DNA of 59,582 bases, counting the filler. It is 3 parts of 3 records of this genome, joined end to end, with 100 filler letters (N's around TTAATTAATTAA, not from the genome) between each part and the next. Parts side by side here need not be neighbours in the genome. Positions count along the whole stretch, not along the records: positions 29,894 to 48,569 come from SRR22947725_4823; 2 more parts are not named here. The stretch is one strand, 5' to 3'. The notes under the pieces are model-generated. The model saw only the letters and a list, made by a program, of their open reading frames with translations, did no database searches and had not been told where the DNA came from. Below are positions 33,638 to 43,825 of the stretch, one piece after another; within the stretch, counting starts at the first letter, position 1, and each line of letters starts with the position of its first letter. A program made the translations under genes and the position numbers.

Positions 33638-33859
33638 CTTCGGTATGCGAGGGAATGGATCTGGGTTCTAGGTTCACTTATGCGTCTGGAGAGGCCTCGA
33701 GCGCTGGCTCCGTACATCGAGGGTCGAGTCGGGACACGAACGGGCGCCGGTGGCCCGGCACCCTTGAGATTGACGGGGTTGGTGGTGGCTTCCACGCCAC
33801 AAATGTCTGGAGCACGTCTGGTGGGCCGGCAATTTAATTCCTGGGTATCAGCCGTAAAA

Positions 33860-35917
33860 ATGAAATCATCCATCCGCATAGGCTCCCTGAGCCTGCCTGC
33901 TGGGCGTGTGTTGCCGAACGCGCTCGTCAATTCGAACAAAACGAATTACTCGTCGAGGCCCACCACGAGGCTCGTGCGGCACCTGCCCCGTGCGGTGGAG
34001 GCCGAGTCCATAGAGAATTCCACGCCCTCTCCCAATGTCGAAGGGGTCGACTCGACCGCGACTGAGCCGGAGCTCGAGTACGTGCAGCCGAAGGATCTTC
34101 AAAACACGCTCGTGACCAACTGGAAACTGCTCTGGGCGCTGCCATGGCGTCGGTTTGCGTCTGGCAGCGTTTTGACCATCAAGCTGAGCGGTCAGATCGC
34201 GGAAATCCCTCAGGGAAGGTTCTCTTCCGTCGTCTCGCTGCCAGAGCTGTCGCTCGTCTTGCGGAAGGCCGCAGTGGACCCGCGCATCAAGGGTGTGTGC
34301 GTGAAGATCGATCCCCTTTCGTGTGGTTGGTCCAAGCTGCAGGAGATTCGAAGGCACATGGACCATTTCAAGGCATCGGGCAAGTACTCGATCGCTTATC
34401 TTGAGCGGGCCTCGGAGAAGGAAATGTACCTGGCCTCCGCCTTTGGCGAGATCTACGCGCCGCCGTCGGCATCCGTGTCTCTTCGGGGGCTCAGTGTGAA
34501 GGGTACCTTCTTGAGGGGGACGCTGGACAAGATTGGGATCGAGCCAGAGGTCCGCCGCATTGGAAATTACAAGTCTGCCGGCGACCAGCTCCTTCGCGAG
34601 GATATGTCCGAGTACCAGCGGGAGCAGCTATCCGCGCTGCTGGACGATATCTACGCGGAGTTTGTCGAGGGCCTCGCGAAAGCTCGTGGGAAGACGTGCG
34701 AGGAGGTGGAGGCCATCATCAACGAGGGCATATTTGACATGGAACGTCTTAAGGAGGTCGGCATGGTCGACGATCTCAAGTACAACGACGAGGTGGAGGA
34801 TCTGCTCAAGGAACGCACCGACGGCAAGGAGGATGAGCTGCGTTTCGTGAAGTACAAGAAGTACAAGAAGGTCAACCCGACGGCGTTTGGACTGCCTGGC
34901 AACAAGGGCAAGAAGACGATCGCCATCGTCAGGACCTCGGGGGCTATCGTCGGTGGTGACGGGCAGAATAACGTCATTACTGCCGATAAGGTCATCGCCC
35001 AGCTACGATCCCTGAAGAAGAACAAGAAAATCGCCGCTGTTGTTCTGCGAGTGGACTCGCCAGGTGGTGACGCGCTTGCAAGCGACCTGATGTGGCGTGA
35101 GATAAAAAAGCTTGGTGAGGAGAAGCCAGTGATTGCGTCTATGAGCGACGTTGCCGCCAGTGGTGGGTATTACATGGCGATGGGGTGCAATAAGATTGTG
35201 GCTGAGGCGCTCACCATCACGGGATCAATCGGGGTGGTCACCGGCAAGTTCTGCACGGCCGATCTGGCCAAGAAGATTGGCTATGCCAGTGAAACCATAT
35301 CGAAGGGCACATATGCCGAGATTCTGAACGACGCGAGGCCGTTCAATACGGTCGAGGCTGAGCTCTTCGACAAGGCGGCTCTGCACGCGTATGCATCGTT
35401 CAGGGACAAGGCCGCTGAGAGCCGTGGAATGTCCGTCGAGAGGATGCAGGAGGTGGCACAGGGACGCGTCTGGACCGGCAAGGCCGCCGCGAAAATCGGT
35501 CTGGTCGATTCCATTGGCGGCCTGAACAGAGCGATCCGCCTCGCCAAGGAGGCCGCCGAAATTTCCGAGGACGAGAAAGTGGCGATCAGAGAAGTGTCGC
35601 GCAGCAGCGTGAGTCCTATTCAGCTACTTACGGGGCGAGGCGCGACCATGCAGGCGTTGCTGGCGATGGCATCGCTCACGTTTGGCGGATCGGCCTCCCA
35701 GTCTGCCTTGAGTCAGGTCGCACAGATGGTAGGGGCCGAGGCGATTGGTAACTCTATGCTTTCCGTGTACGATAGCAATCTGGTGGCCGGCTTGAGGGCA
35801 GGAACCTGCATGGCGCAGCTTCCTGACTTTCAGATCGTGGGATCCGTGGAGTGCAAGGAAGAGTGCAAGGAACCGAGTGTGAATGGCTTTGGCGCCGAGG
35901 AAGAGTCCATCTTCTGA
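33860..35917 (+). CDS. sppA: Plastid signal peptide peptidase SppA (67K type, S49)
   Basis: Ser/Arg-rich transit peptide from ATG 33860; GNYKSAG, LRVDSPGG, AASGGYY, ITGSIGV, QGRVWTG. Confidence 0.9.
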   Translation: MKSSIRIGSLSLPAGRVLPNALVNSNKTNYSSRPTTRLVRHLPRAVEAESIENSTPSPNVEGVDSTATEPELEYVQPKDLQNTLVTNWKLLWALPWRRFASGSVLTIKLSGQIAEIPQGRFSSVVSLPELSLVLRKAAVDPRIKGVCVKIDPLSCGWSKLQEIRRHMDHFKASGKYSIAYLERASEKEMYLASAFGEIYAPPSASVSLRGLSVKGTFLRGTLDKIGIEPEVRRIGNYKSAGDQLLREDMSEYQREQLSALLDDIYAEFVEGLAKARGKTCEEVEAIINEGIFDMERLKEVGMVDDLKYNDEVEDLLKERTDGKEDELRFVKYKKYKKVNPTAFGLPGNKGKKTIAIVRTSGAIVGGDGQNNVITADKVIAQLRSLKKNKKIAAVVLRVDSPGGDALASDLMWREIKKLGEEKPVIASMSDVAASGGYYMAMGCNKIVAEALTITGSIGVVTGKFCTADLAKKIGYASETISKGTYAEILNDARPFNTVEAELFDKAALHAYASFRDKAAESRGMSVERMQEVAQGRVWTGKAAAKIGLVDSIGGLNRAIRLAKEAAEISEDEKVAIREVSRSSVSPIQLLTGRGATMQALLAMASLTFGGSASQSALSQVAQMVGAEAIGNSMLSVYDSNLVAGLRAGTCMAQLPDFQIVGSVECKEECKEPSVNGFGAEEESIF

Positions 35918-36095
35918 TCAATATTCTTTATTCTCCGTATTATACAAATGTATCCGAGGCCTGACAAGAAAAACGCCTGGAGACGATTGGGAACTGCCTT
36001 TCACGCCTTTGAAAGGGTTTTGGCGGCTGGCGCCATATTGTCACCCCGTGGGGTCGCCTGGAGGTTTCGCGAACGATGTCCATCATATACCCACT

Positions 36096-38831
36096 CTATA
36101 GCATCCAACTGTCTACTACAAGTAGCAGGATGATGAAAGGTCCCACAAAGCAGTAGCCAAATAGCGAGGACAGCGTCGCAACCGCGGCGAGCACACTAGC
36201 GGCTCGTCGGGGCGGGCGCTCCTTCGGGCAGGCCTCGGTGGGAACGGCGGAACCGAGCGATACAAACGCAACGAGAAGCCTCTCCACTGACAGCGCGTTG
36301 TACATCTCCCTGTGCGGGTACGGTATCAGCTTGCCGCCCGACATCGCGATGACCATGGGAGAGACACCCGTCACAAGCAGGAACCCCCATTCCACAACCG
36401 TATACCTCCCCATGCGCACGTCGCTTCGGCAAACCGCAAGTACGTATGATGCGACACACGCGATGAAAAACGCCGCAAAGTCGTGGAGCACGCTGGCCAC
36501 GAGTACGGCTGGGACGACCCAACGCCGCAGGCCCCCCCGTGGTGCGGCGGCCAACGATCGCACCTTTTCCGGGACGACATTGCCGGCCAAGTTGATGCAA
36601 ATGCACGCCAAATACTTGAACGTGATGTCCAAGCATATTGCCAGCCAGAGTATGCTGGCGATGCTGAGAGGAGTCTGCAGAAAGAGCCACGGCACGTACT
36701 CGGCGCGCCAGGCTGTGAGGACGCGGGAGAGGACCGTGCCGGTGACGGCCACGGATGTCGTCGTCATGAACCCATAATGTTTATAGGTGGTATGTTGGAC
36801 GCTCCATCTTCCACGATGGTTGAGGCTGACGGGCACGAGACGGAGAATGTTCAGCGCCAGCAGCAGGCCGGGCAGCGCGTAGGCATGGTACCGCGCAGCA
36901 TATGCCACTGCAGGCAAGATGTCCGGTCGCGAAACGACCGAATATCTACATGTGGGATCCACAAGCACGTGTACGGTGTTTGAGAGAAGCGACGGGTGCC
37001 ATAATGGCACGTCAATGCGGTTGGCTGGTATGCCGTCCTCACGGTTGAGGGCGCCAAAGGACGCCCTATGTGTGCGGAGCTGGTCGCTGTCTAGCACACC
37101 GCGCTTCGGATCTTTCTTCGATACCATAACGGGGCTATGTGGAAGAGAGACGTTTCTATCACCAGCACCAACACAGTCGACCGCCTTGACAACGAGCTTC
37201 GTTGGCACGAACTGCGCCAACTGTTTCCAGTCCAAGACCGGTAAGAACCAACGCATCAGTCGCGTTGAATCCAAGAGGGTCGATGGGATGTCGATGGAGA
37301 TGACTGACGTACCCTTGATGGTTCCTGGCCTGGGATGGTGGCGGTCTGCCCTCGCGACTGACACCGCGGTGAACCCTCGGCCCTGGATGTTTTGGGACCC
37401 CGACGTATGCTGTGATTCATCCGACAACACGATCATCACCGAGGTCGCACCGAGGTCACGGAAGGCTCGGCCGGACGCCTCCAGAAACCAAGTGGAGTTC
37501 TGCATCCACTGAATCCCCTGTATGACCTGTTGCCAGTGTCGGTTGTTGTCAGTTGGTTCGTCAATGGCCATTGCTGGCAGCGGACTAAGCAGGTGCGAGA
37601 GGCTGCCGACCTCATGTTCACCATCCATTGCGATCAGCCATACATCCCGCCCTGGCGTCATGCCATGGAAAGCAAACTGCAGCATCACATCATTCCTCGG
37701 CGGAGTCGCCGTCGTCGTGTCCACATGCTTTATGTAGCAGGGGAACCGGGGACTGTCAGCCTTCCCGACGTCTTCCATACTCACGACATAGACGGCATCG
37801 TCGACCAAAGCGCAGGTTTCCCGCGCAGGAAGCGTGGCTAAGCCCGTCGGAAGATCCCCATCCAGCTCCATGACGTCAAGTTGCACATCGGTAGTCATCC
37901 GCTCGGTCATTAGGCGCTGCACCTCCGCGCTCGATGGGAGGCGTGCCCCATCCAGGATCAGCGGCACGATGCGGCGGACCAGCTGATTGCAAGAAACGAG
38001 TCCTTTGTGAGAGATGGTGGCCCAGACCCCCGGTATGTTCTCGGAATCTACTTCCACGATATTTCCGCGCCGGGTCCCGCCCTTCGCGTGGATTGACCAC
38101 GCTGAGATGGAGGGCACGAGCAGGTCCCCGGGGCCAGAGGACACGCGCAGGGTGGGGGGACTGTTGCCCGATATCCGCATCTGTCCCCTTCCATTCTGAA
38201 GGTTCGGCACCATCAAAGTAGGCAGGTGGAAATGCGGCGATCCGATCGTGATCACCATCGCGATTGAGTCAACGATGCCCTCCTTTCCATCCATGCCGGA
38301 CAGCACCCTGTCCACGACGATGCCACCCATGCTGTACCCCAGAAGAACAACCTTATCGTATGATGAAGAGAGGTGATCCAAGCACCACGCCACGTACGCC
38401 GCCTGACGCTTCAACAGTCTCGGCTCAAGACCGCTCGGTTCTTCAACGAAATCCACGCCATACCAGTCCACCCCGTCCACGTGAATGGCCTCCCGCATCC
38501 GCCTAGATATCTCTTTGGCAGTCTCAGAGGCCATGGATCGCATTTGCTCGTGCGATCCCAGATGGCCGGGGACGAACAGCACCGCTACACGGCCCGGAGG
38601 TTGCGACCCTGCGGGCACCCAGGTCGACGGCACCTCGCGGTACCTGACCAGCGAGTATGGCACGCTCCCATCATACCCAGCCTCCTTCACCCGCTCGTAC
38701 CGCGGATGGATGTACGTCGTGTCGCATAGCTGCGCCCGGTGGACTTCGTGAGAGATGGAGCGAAACAGGACCAAGGCGAAGCCGGCAACGCACAGAAGCG
38801 CCACCAGTCCATGCCAGGCCCTCCGATACAT
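36096..38831 (-). CDS. GPI inositol-deacylase PGAP1/Bst1-like
   Basis: N-terminal anchor, CDTTYIHP, LFVPGHLGSHEQMRS, LLGYSMGG nucleophile elbow, multiple C-terminal TM helices. Confidence 0.8.
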   Translation of the reverse strand: MYRRAWHGLVALLCVAGFALVLFRSISHEVHRAQLCDTTYIHPRYERVKEAGYDGSVPYSLVRYREVPSTWVPAGSQPPGRVAVLFVPGHLGSHEQMRSMASETAKEISRRMREAIHVDGVDWYGVDFVEEPSGLEPRLLKRQAAYVAWCLDHLSSSYDKVVLLGYSMGGIVVDRVLSGMDGKEGIVDSIAMVITIGSPHFHLPTLMVPNLQNGRGQMRISGNSPPTLRVSSGPGDLLVPSISAWSIHAKGGTRRGNIVEVDSENIPGVWATISHKGLVSCNQLVRRIVPLILDGARLPSSAEVQRLMTERMTTDVQLDVMELDGDLPTGLATLPARETCALVDDAVYVVSMEDVGKADSPRFPCYIKHVDTTTATPPRNDVMLQFAFHGMTPGRDVWLIAMDGEHEVGSLSHLLSPLPAMAIDEPTDNNRHWQQVIQGIQWMQNSTWFLEASGRAFRDLGATSVMIVLSDESQHTSGSQNIQGRGFTAVSVARADRHHPRPGTIKGTSVISIDIPSTLLDSTRLMRWFLPVLDWKQLAQFVPTKLVVKAVDCVGAGDRNVSLPHSPVMVSKKDPKRGVLDSDQLRTHRASFGALNREDGIPANRIDVPLWHPSLLSNTVHVLVDPTCRYSVVSRPDILPAVAYAARYHAYALPGLLLALNILRLVPVSLNHRGRWSVQHTTYKHYGFMTTTSVAVTGTVLSRVLTAWRAEYVPWLFLQTPLSIASILWLAICLDITFKYLACICINLAGNVVPEKVRSLAAAPRGGLRRWVVPAVLVASVLHDFAAFFIACVASYVLAVCRSDVRMGRYTVVEWGFLLVTGVSPMVIAMSGGKLIPYPHREMYNALSVERLLVAFVSLGSAVPTEACPKERPPRRAASVLAAVATLSSLFGYCFVGPFIILLLVVDSWML

Positions 38832-38898
38832 GCGCACATATACTTCTATAATCTATACATCCAATCTATACTCTGTATTGCCGATTAAATTGAGTGAT

Positions 38899-40408
38899 TT
38901 AGCGTAAATCGACCTTGAGCCTGCTGGCGACTTGGGCCCGGACCTCCTCCTGCAAGCTGTTGATCTCGTCGTCGGTCAGCGACCGCTCCATGGACCTGTA
39001 GGCGATCCTGAAGCAGTTGGATGTCTTGCCGGTCTTCGGATGGGTGAAGTCGTCGATCAGTTTGACCTCCTCAACGAGATCGCCAGCGATACCGCGCACC
39101 AGTTCGCAAAGATTGTTCTCCGTGAAGTCGTCCGACACCCAGAATGCGACGTCCTTGAAGCAAGGCGGGAACTTGGAGTAGGGCTTGAACTTGGTGTCCA
39201 GCGCTCCGGCCTTGAACTGCTTGAGGAAGCGCTGATCCGAGGTCCAGAAGAGTCGAATGTCCGGGATGTCGAACAGCACCATGGCCAACCGCTCCAGTCC
39301 AAGCCCGAAAGCCCACGCCTTGTGGCCCTCGCGACCGTTGCTATCCAGAATCTGCTGCTCCATCACGCCACACCCGAGCACTTCCAGCCATTGCCCATTA
39401 AAGAAAATCTCCAGCTCGAACGAAGGCTCGGTGAACGGAAAGTACGCGTCTATCCACCGCATCTCTACTTCTCCGAAAAGCTCCTTGGCGAGTCCCTCGA
39501 GCGCCTTCTTCAGCTCCTGCTCACAATATGCCGTGCCGTCCGAAGCACCCGCTGCCTTCCACTCCTCTTCCGTGAACACCCTCACGCCCTCCATCTGATG
39601 AAACACGGGATAATGTGTGGCATCTATGGAATCCCTCCTATACACGTCTCCGGTCACCAAGAAGGAGGCGAATCCCTTCCTGAGGGTCTCGGCCTGGTGG
39701 GCACTCGTGTGGCAGCGGAGCACCGTTTCCGAATCGACGTAGTACGTGTCGTTCGGTGACCTGGACACGTGATCTGAAGGGACGAGAACTTCGTCAAAGT
39801 TGGCCGTGGCCTTGACCACGGGGTGCAGATCGTCAAACTTTTCAAAGGTTTGCGGGTACGTGCGGTCAAAGTACCCATAAATGGCCTCTTTGATGATCCC
39901 GAGCGGATGCGTCGGAATGTGATGCAGGTTAGATCCGATCTTCTCGTATATGTTGTCCGTCACGTTGTTCGCCGGGTCGCTTGTGATGACCTCGTCCCTG
40001 GACACCACGACCGCAGCCGGTGAGGACTCGGTGGACATGGCCGCAACCCTCGGCAGGGCCCTCGGCTCTGCAGTGGGCCAGGTGGGCACGTGAGCGGGTA
40101 TAATTTCACTAATCAGCCACACAGGGTACACGATGGGGCGTGATTCGGCAAGACGTACCGGGACGGAGGAGAGAAGGAACCGGGCGACATGTGTGGCAGT
40201 TCAACGCCATGGGTCGCATCAACGCGACGCCTGCGGAGATAACGGGCGAGACACGGTTAGACGATCAGTATGGTATGAAGATGCAAGCCATGGCGGCCCT
40301 GCATTGGCAGTATCCCGAGGGCAACACGCCGAAGCGAGGATTTGACGAACCTCTGCCGCGCTGCAGGACCCTGGCCAGGTTGTTCGCCACTACGACAGTG
40401 CGCTGCAT
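38899..40408 (-). CDS. Organellar monomeric phenylalanyl-tRNA synthetase; exons 40408-40351, 40230-40159, 40067-38899
   Basis: LRCHTSAHQ, YRRDSIDATHYPVFHQMEG, YFPFTEPS, WLEVLGCG, AFGLGLERL and a C-terminal FDX-ACB domain. Two GT-AG phase-1 introns join in frame (1299 nt total). Confidence 0.88.
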
Positions 40409-40495
40409 TCTCCTCAACGTAATGTGTGTACAAGTGAAAGCGAAAACGGAGTGGTTTCCCGGGAGGGGCATTCGTGGAATCCCATCATCACCCCA

Positions 40496-43400
40496 TCATC
40501 CCATCATTCGAGAGGCAAACTCACTCGCCTGGCTGGCCTCGAGGCGGAAATCGGCAGCCCTGGCAGCCAGCTGGATGGCAGATTGGGAGACAAAGCGGTA
40601 CTCGAGCGGGCTCTGAACGCAGGATTTGACGAGCTCCGAGTTGAAAGCCTCGAGCCGGTCACAGGCCGCCTTCCAGACACCGTCAAACTTGGGCACGGGC
40701 GAGTGGAGCTGCTTCATGTCTTCCGAGTCAGCGAGCTCGTAGGAGATGGAGTAGGTGTCGTGAGAGGCCTGAACTTGGAGCTGATCGCCCTTGCGGAGGT
40801 TCACCTCCTGGATGTACTGGACCGCCTGCTGCCAGGTAGGGCCCTTGTCCTCGTACGGGCTCGTGCTGAGGAGGATCGTGTCCTCCTCGTCAAGGTAGAG
40901 GTTGAACCACATGGCGATGGCATTGCACGTGCCATCGGCAGTCGATTCAAAGGTGAGCAGGTTTCGGCTGTCCTCAGCGCACTTTTGGACATCGGCAAAG
41001 TCGAACGAGAACACCTTGGCTGGGTCGGCCAGCGGCATCCAGGCGTGCATGTTCTTCTTCCTGCCGAGCTCAACTCCCTCGTAGTCGGCCCTCCATCTCC
41101 ACCTGTTGGTCTGTTCTACGTCTATGTCGCCGAGCACGGTGTTGACGCGCATCTGGATGGGCTGGGCGAAGACCTCTGCCCGGCAGGGGACAAGGGAGGC
41201 ATCAGGCATGAGCAGCTTCGACTTGGCGGCAGCTAGTACGTGCAGCACGCCCTCTCCGATCAATCCAGAGTCGAACACTTCAAATACAGCGAGATCGACT
41301 GGTCGCTGGAGTTCGGGGGCTGTGCCGTCGGGCTTCCGCAAGACGTCCATCCTACGGACGTCTCGGTCGAGCACGAGAATCCTGTCCAGAAACCCGTTCG
41401 AGATGGTGCACTCTTCGGCAACATCGCACATGTGCGAATTCATTTCCGCCGCGTACGTATAGTCCGCCCCAGCTCGGGCCGCCATCATCGACAAGAGCCC
41501 AGACCCAGCACCCATGTCGATGCAGTGGATGGGCCGGTCAGGGTATGCTGTCTTCTTCGCCTCAACGGCTTTCATGATGGCCTTGTCGTAGGCTTGATTT
41601 CGTTCCACGTCCAGAATCATGTCATAGTGCCAACGAGGCACGAGCGCGTGGTGCATGCGATGGTTCGGGGGGTCTGCCATGAAGACGATCTGCGACGCAT
41701 CCTGTTGCACCCGCAGCGAGACGTCCTCGCCAACGTCCAGGCTTCGATCTCCCACGTACTGAATTGCCTGGCCCCAGGACAAGGAGGAGATGGTGGTCGA
41801 GGATTCCATGGTGTCCATGTGACTGGAGAGCACGGCGCCAGACGGGTGAAACGAGCTGGAAAGCTCAAACCAGAAGACTATTGCGTTCCAGTGTCCCGAA
41901 GCTGTTGTCCGCACGCACATAATGTCGTCCAGCTCCCAGATCTGGTCGGCCTGTTCTCCAATGGCCTCCTCGTCGGTCCCCTCTGGGGTGCCGGGGTGAA
42001 TGCGCTGCTGGACCTTTCGGACACGAGCATTCAGATCGATGTCGACCACGACAAATGGGTCGGATAGGGTGGCGTAGTTGGTAGAAGTCGCATCCAAGTC
42101 GACACGCTCGTCGCCAGGATGCCATCGATACTGGTCCATTGCCGACAGATCAAATCCGGAAACCAGCGGATCAAGCTTCATCTGTACCAGCTGAGCAATT
42201 ATCTTCACGTTGCCGGGCACGACGCGTGCGTCGGGCACGAGCAGATGCTCCGCGGCGTGGTCCACAGCACGCAGCAGACCCATCCCCAGTGCCGTGTGGT
42301 CAAGTAAGTCGATCACCAGCGCATCTGCCTTTGACTTCATCATGTGCTTCGACAACAACTCCGGAGGTGGCCCGTTTGTGGTTTTCTCGCTAATGGCCCC
42401 CGTCGTGACACCAGCATCGCCGTCATTGTCGCCCTCGGCCGTCGAACTGACCCCCACGCTGTCCAGGACACCTGATACGAGATCAATACGTGCACAAAGG
42501 GGTTTTAAGCGCCCCTCGTCTCGCTCGTTCGACTCTTTGACTTGCTTGGCCATCCTGTACAGCATTCTGCTCCGCTCCACCTGTGTTACCCAGCTTGCCC
42601 CCGCCTTAGCAGCAATCAACCCGAGCACGCCGCCCCCTGCGCTCACGACAAGCGCCGATTTCGCATCAAGCGCCCCGTTGCACGCCTCTAAAAACCATTC
42701 AAGTCGTCTTTCGTCTTCCAAAATCTTAAGCGCCTGCTTGGGCGCCCCAATATCCCCGACGGCCGACACGTACGAAAGCAGCCCCGCGCGCTTGGGCTCC
42801 GCGGCGATCCACTCCCTTGCGACAATGGGGAGGGTTCGAAGATCGTGTGTCCAGGTTGGACGCCACTCAAGGTCTTCCAGCTCCCAATCTGGCGCCGTCA
42901 TGCTCTGCTTGAACTGATTCAGCATAGACAGCTTTTGGTCCTCGTGCCGCGCATTCCTCAGTTTGGCCACCAGGTTGTGCCGCTCGACAGCCGCTGCGGC
43001 GTTCATGGCCTCGCGGTCTTGATCCACTTGCAGCCGCGACTGTCTCACCTTGGCCTCCAGTCCCGGATCCGGCGTTCCCGGCCCGGACGCGGCGGCGAGC
43101 CGGGAGCCCTTCTGGAAGGCAGCCAGCGCCGATTCCATCTCGTTCATGCTCTCGAGCGCACACCCCAGTCTATAATACCCCTTTGGCCACTCTGGATTCA
43201 GCGAGACAGCCTTCTGGGCGTCCACGAGCGCGGCATCCAGCAGGCCAACCGCAAGATAGGCAGCAGCCCTATTCGAGTACAGCGTATGGTCTGTCTCATC
43301 CCCGGCGATTGCCTGCGAGTACATCTTGATTGCGTCTGCAGTCGAAGCCAGCGGACAGATTGGTTCGTAAGAAAGAGAGGGAACGACGAAGCCACGAGGC

Positions 43401-43687
43401 GACGAAGAGTAAAAGGGGTCAAGCTCAGCCAGCCAGACGGCCAGACCTGCGTTGACCAGAGATTGCGACGACGACGACGACGACTGACCTTTGTACTTCT
43501 TCTCCTTGAAAAGCCCGTTTCCCGCCTTCTTGGACTGTGATACAATGAGCTGGATCTCTCCGCTGGCCTGAAAACGCGTGTCTTCGCCCTCAGGGGCCAC
43601 GTTGAGGCCTCTCTCGATTTGATCAAGGACATTTGTAGAGGGCTCGCCCACGCCCCGTAGCTGGGCTTGCATCTCCCCCGACGTCAT
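40496..43687 (-). CDS. TPR + tandem PRMT7/9-like arginine methyltransferase; intron 43488-43336
   Basis: TPR motifs GNGLFKEKKYK|DAIKMYSQAI, YSNRAAAY, PKGYYRLG; two SAM modules, the second with DMGAGSGLLS and EVFDSGLIGEG. Confidence 0.82.
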   Translation of the reverse strand: MTSGEMQAQLRGVGEPSTNVLDQIERGLNVAPEGEDTRFQASGEIQLIVSQSKKAGNGLFKEKKYKGQSSSSSSQSLVNAGLAVWLAELDPFYSSSPRGFVVPSLSYEPICPLASTADAIKMYSQAIAGDETDHTLYSNRAAAYLAVGLLDAALVDAQKAVSLNPEWPKGYYRLGCALESMNEMESALAAFQKGSRLAAASGPGTPDPGLEAKVRQSRLQVDQDREAMNAAAAVERHNLVAKLRNARHEDQKLSMLNQFKQSMTAPDWELEDLEWRPTWTHDLRTLPIVAREWIAAEPKRAGLLSYVSAVGDIGAPKQALKILEDERRLEWFLEACNGALDAKSALVVSAGGGVLGLIAAKAGASWVTQVERSRMLYRMAKQVKESNERDEGRLKPLCARIDLVSGVLDSVGVSSTAEGDNDGDAGVTTGAISEKTTNGPPPELLSKHMMKSKADALVIDLLDHTALGMGLLRAVDHAAEHLLVPDARVVPGNVKIIAQLVQMKLDPLVSGFDLSAMDQYRWHPGDERVDLDATSTNYATLSDPFVVVDIDLNARVRKVQQRIHPGTPEGTDEEAIGEQADQIWELDDIMCVRTTASGHWNAIVFWFELSSSFHPSGAVLSSHMDTMESSTTISSLSWGQAIQYVGDRSLDVGEDVSLRVQQDASQIVFMADPPNHRMHHALVPRWHYDMILDVERNQAYDKAIMKAVEAKKTAYPDRPIHCIDMGAGSGLLSMMAARAGADYTYAAEMNSHMCDVAEECTISNGFLDRILVLDRDVRRMDVLRKPDGTAPELQRPVDLAVFEVFDSGLIGEGVLHVLAAAKSKLLMPDASLVPCRAEVFAQPIQMRVNTVLGDIDVEQTNRWRWRADYEGVELGRKKNMHAWMPLADPAKVFSFDFADVQKCAEDSRNLLTFESTADGTCNAIAMWFNLYLDEEDTILLSTSPYEDKGPTWQQAVQYIQEVNLRKGDQLQVQASHDTYSISYELADSEDMKQLHSPVPKFDGVWKAACDRLEAFNSELVKSCVQSPLEYRFVSQSAIQLAARAADFRLEASQASEFASRMMG

Positions 43688-43706
43688 CGGTCTATTCTAG
43701 TGTATC

Positions 43707-43740
43707 ATATATATATATAAACATCCTATATATATATATA
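43707..43740. repeat. Interrupted (AT)n microsatellite between the SufS and PRMT genes
   Basis: Two (AT)n runs separated by AAACATCC. Confidence 0.8.
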
Positions 43741-43825
43741 CTACGAAGCCTGAGGGATGCGAAAAGCGGACTATCGAGTCCAAGGCCAGATCGATCGCCT
43801 TCAACTCGACATCCCTCTCTCTCTC

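Noticed and set aside
33365..33859. 165-aa N-terminal extension of SppA in the ORF track, overlapping the TSNAXIP1-like gene
   Set aside because: Antisense shadow; ATG 33860 gives a normal transit peptide.
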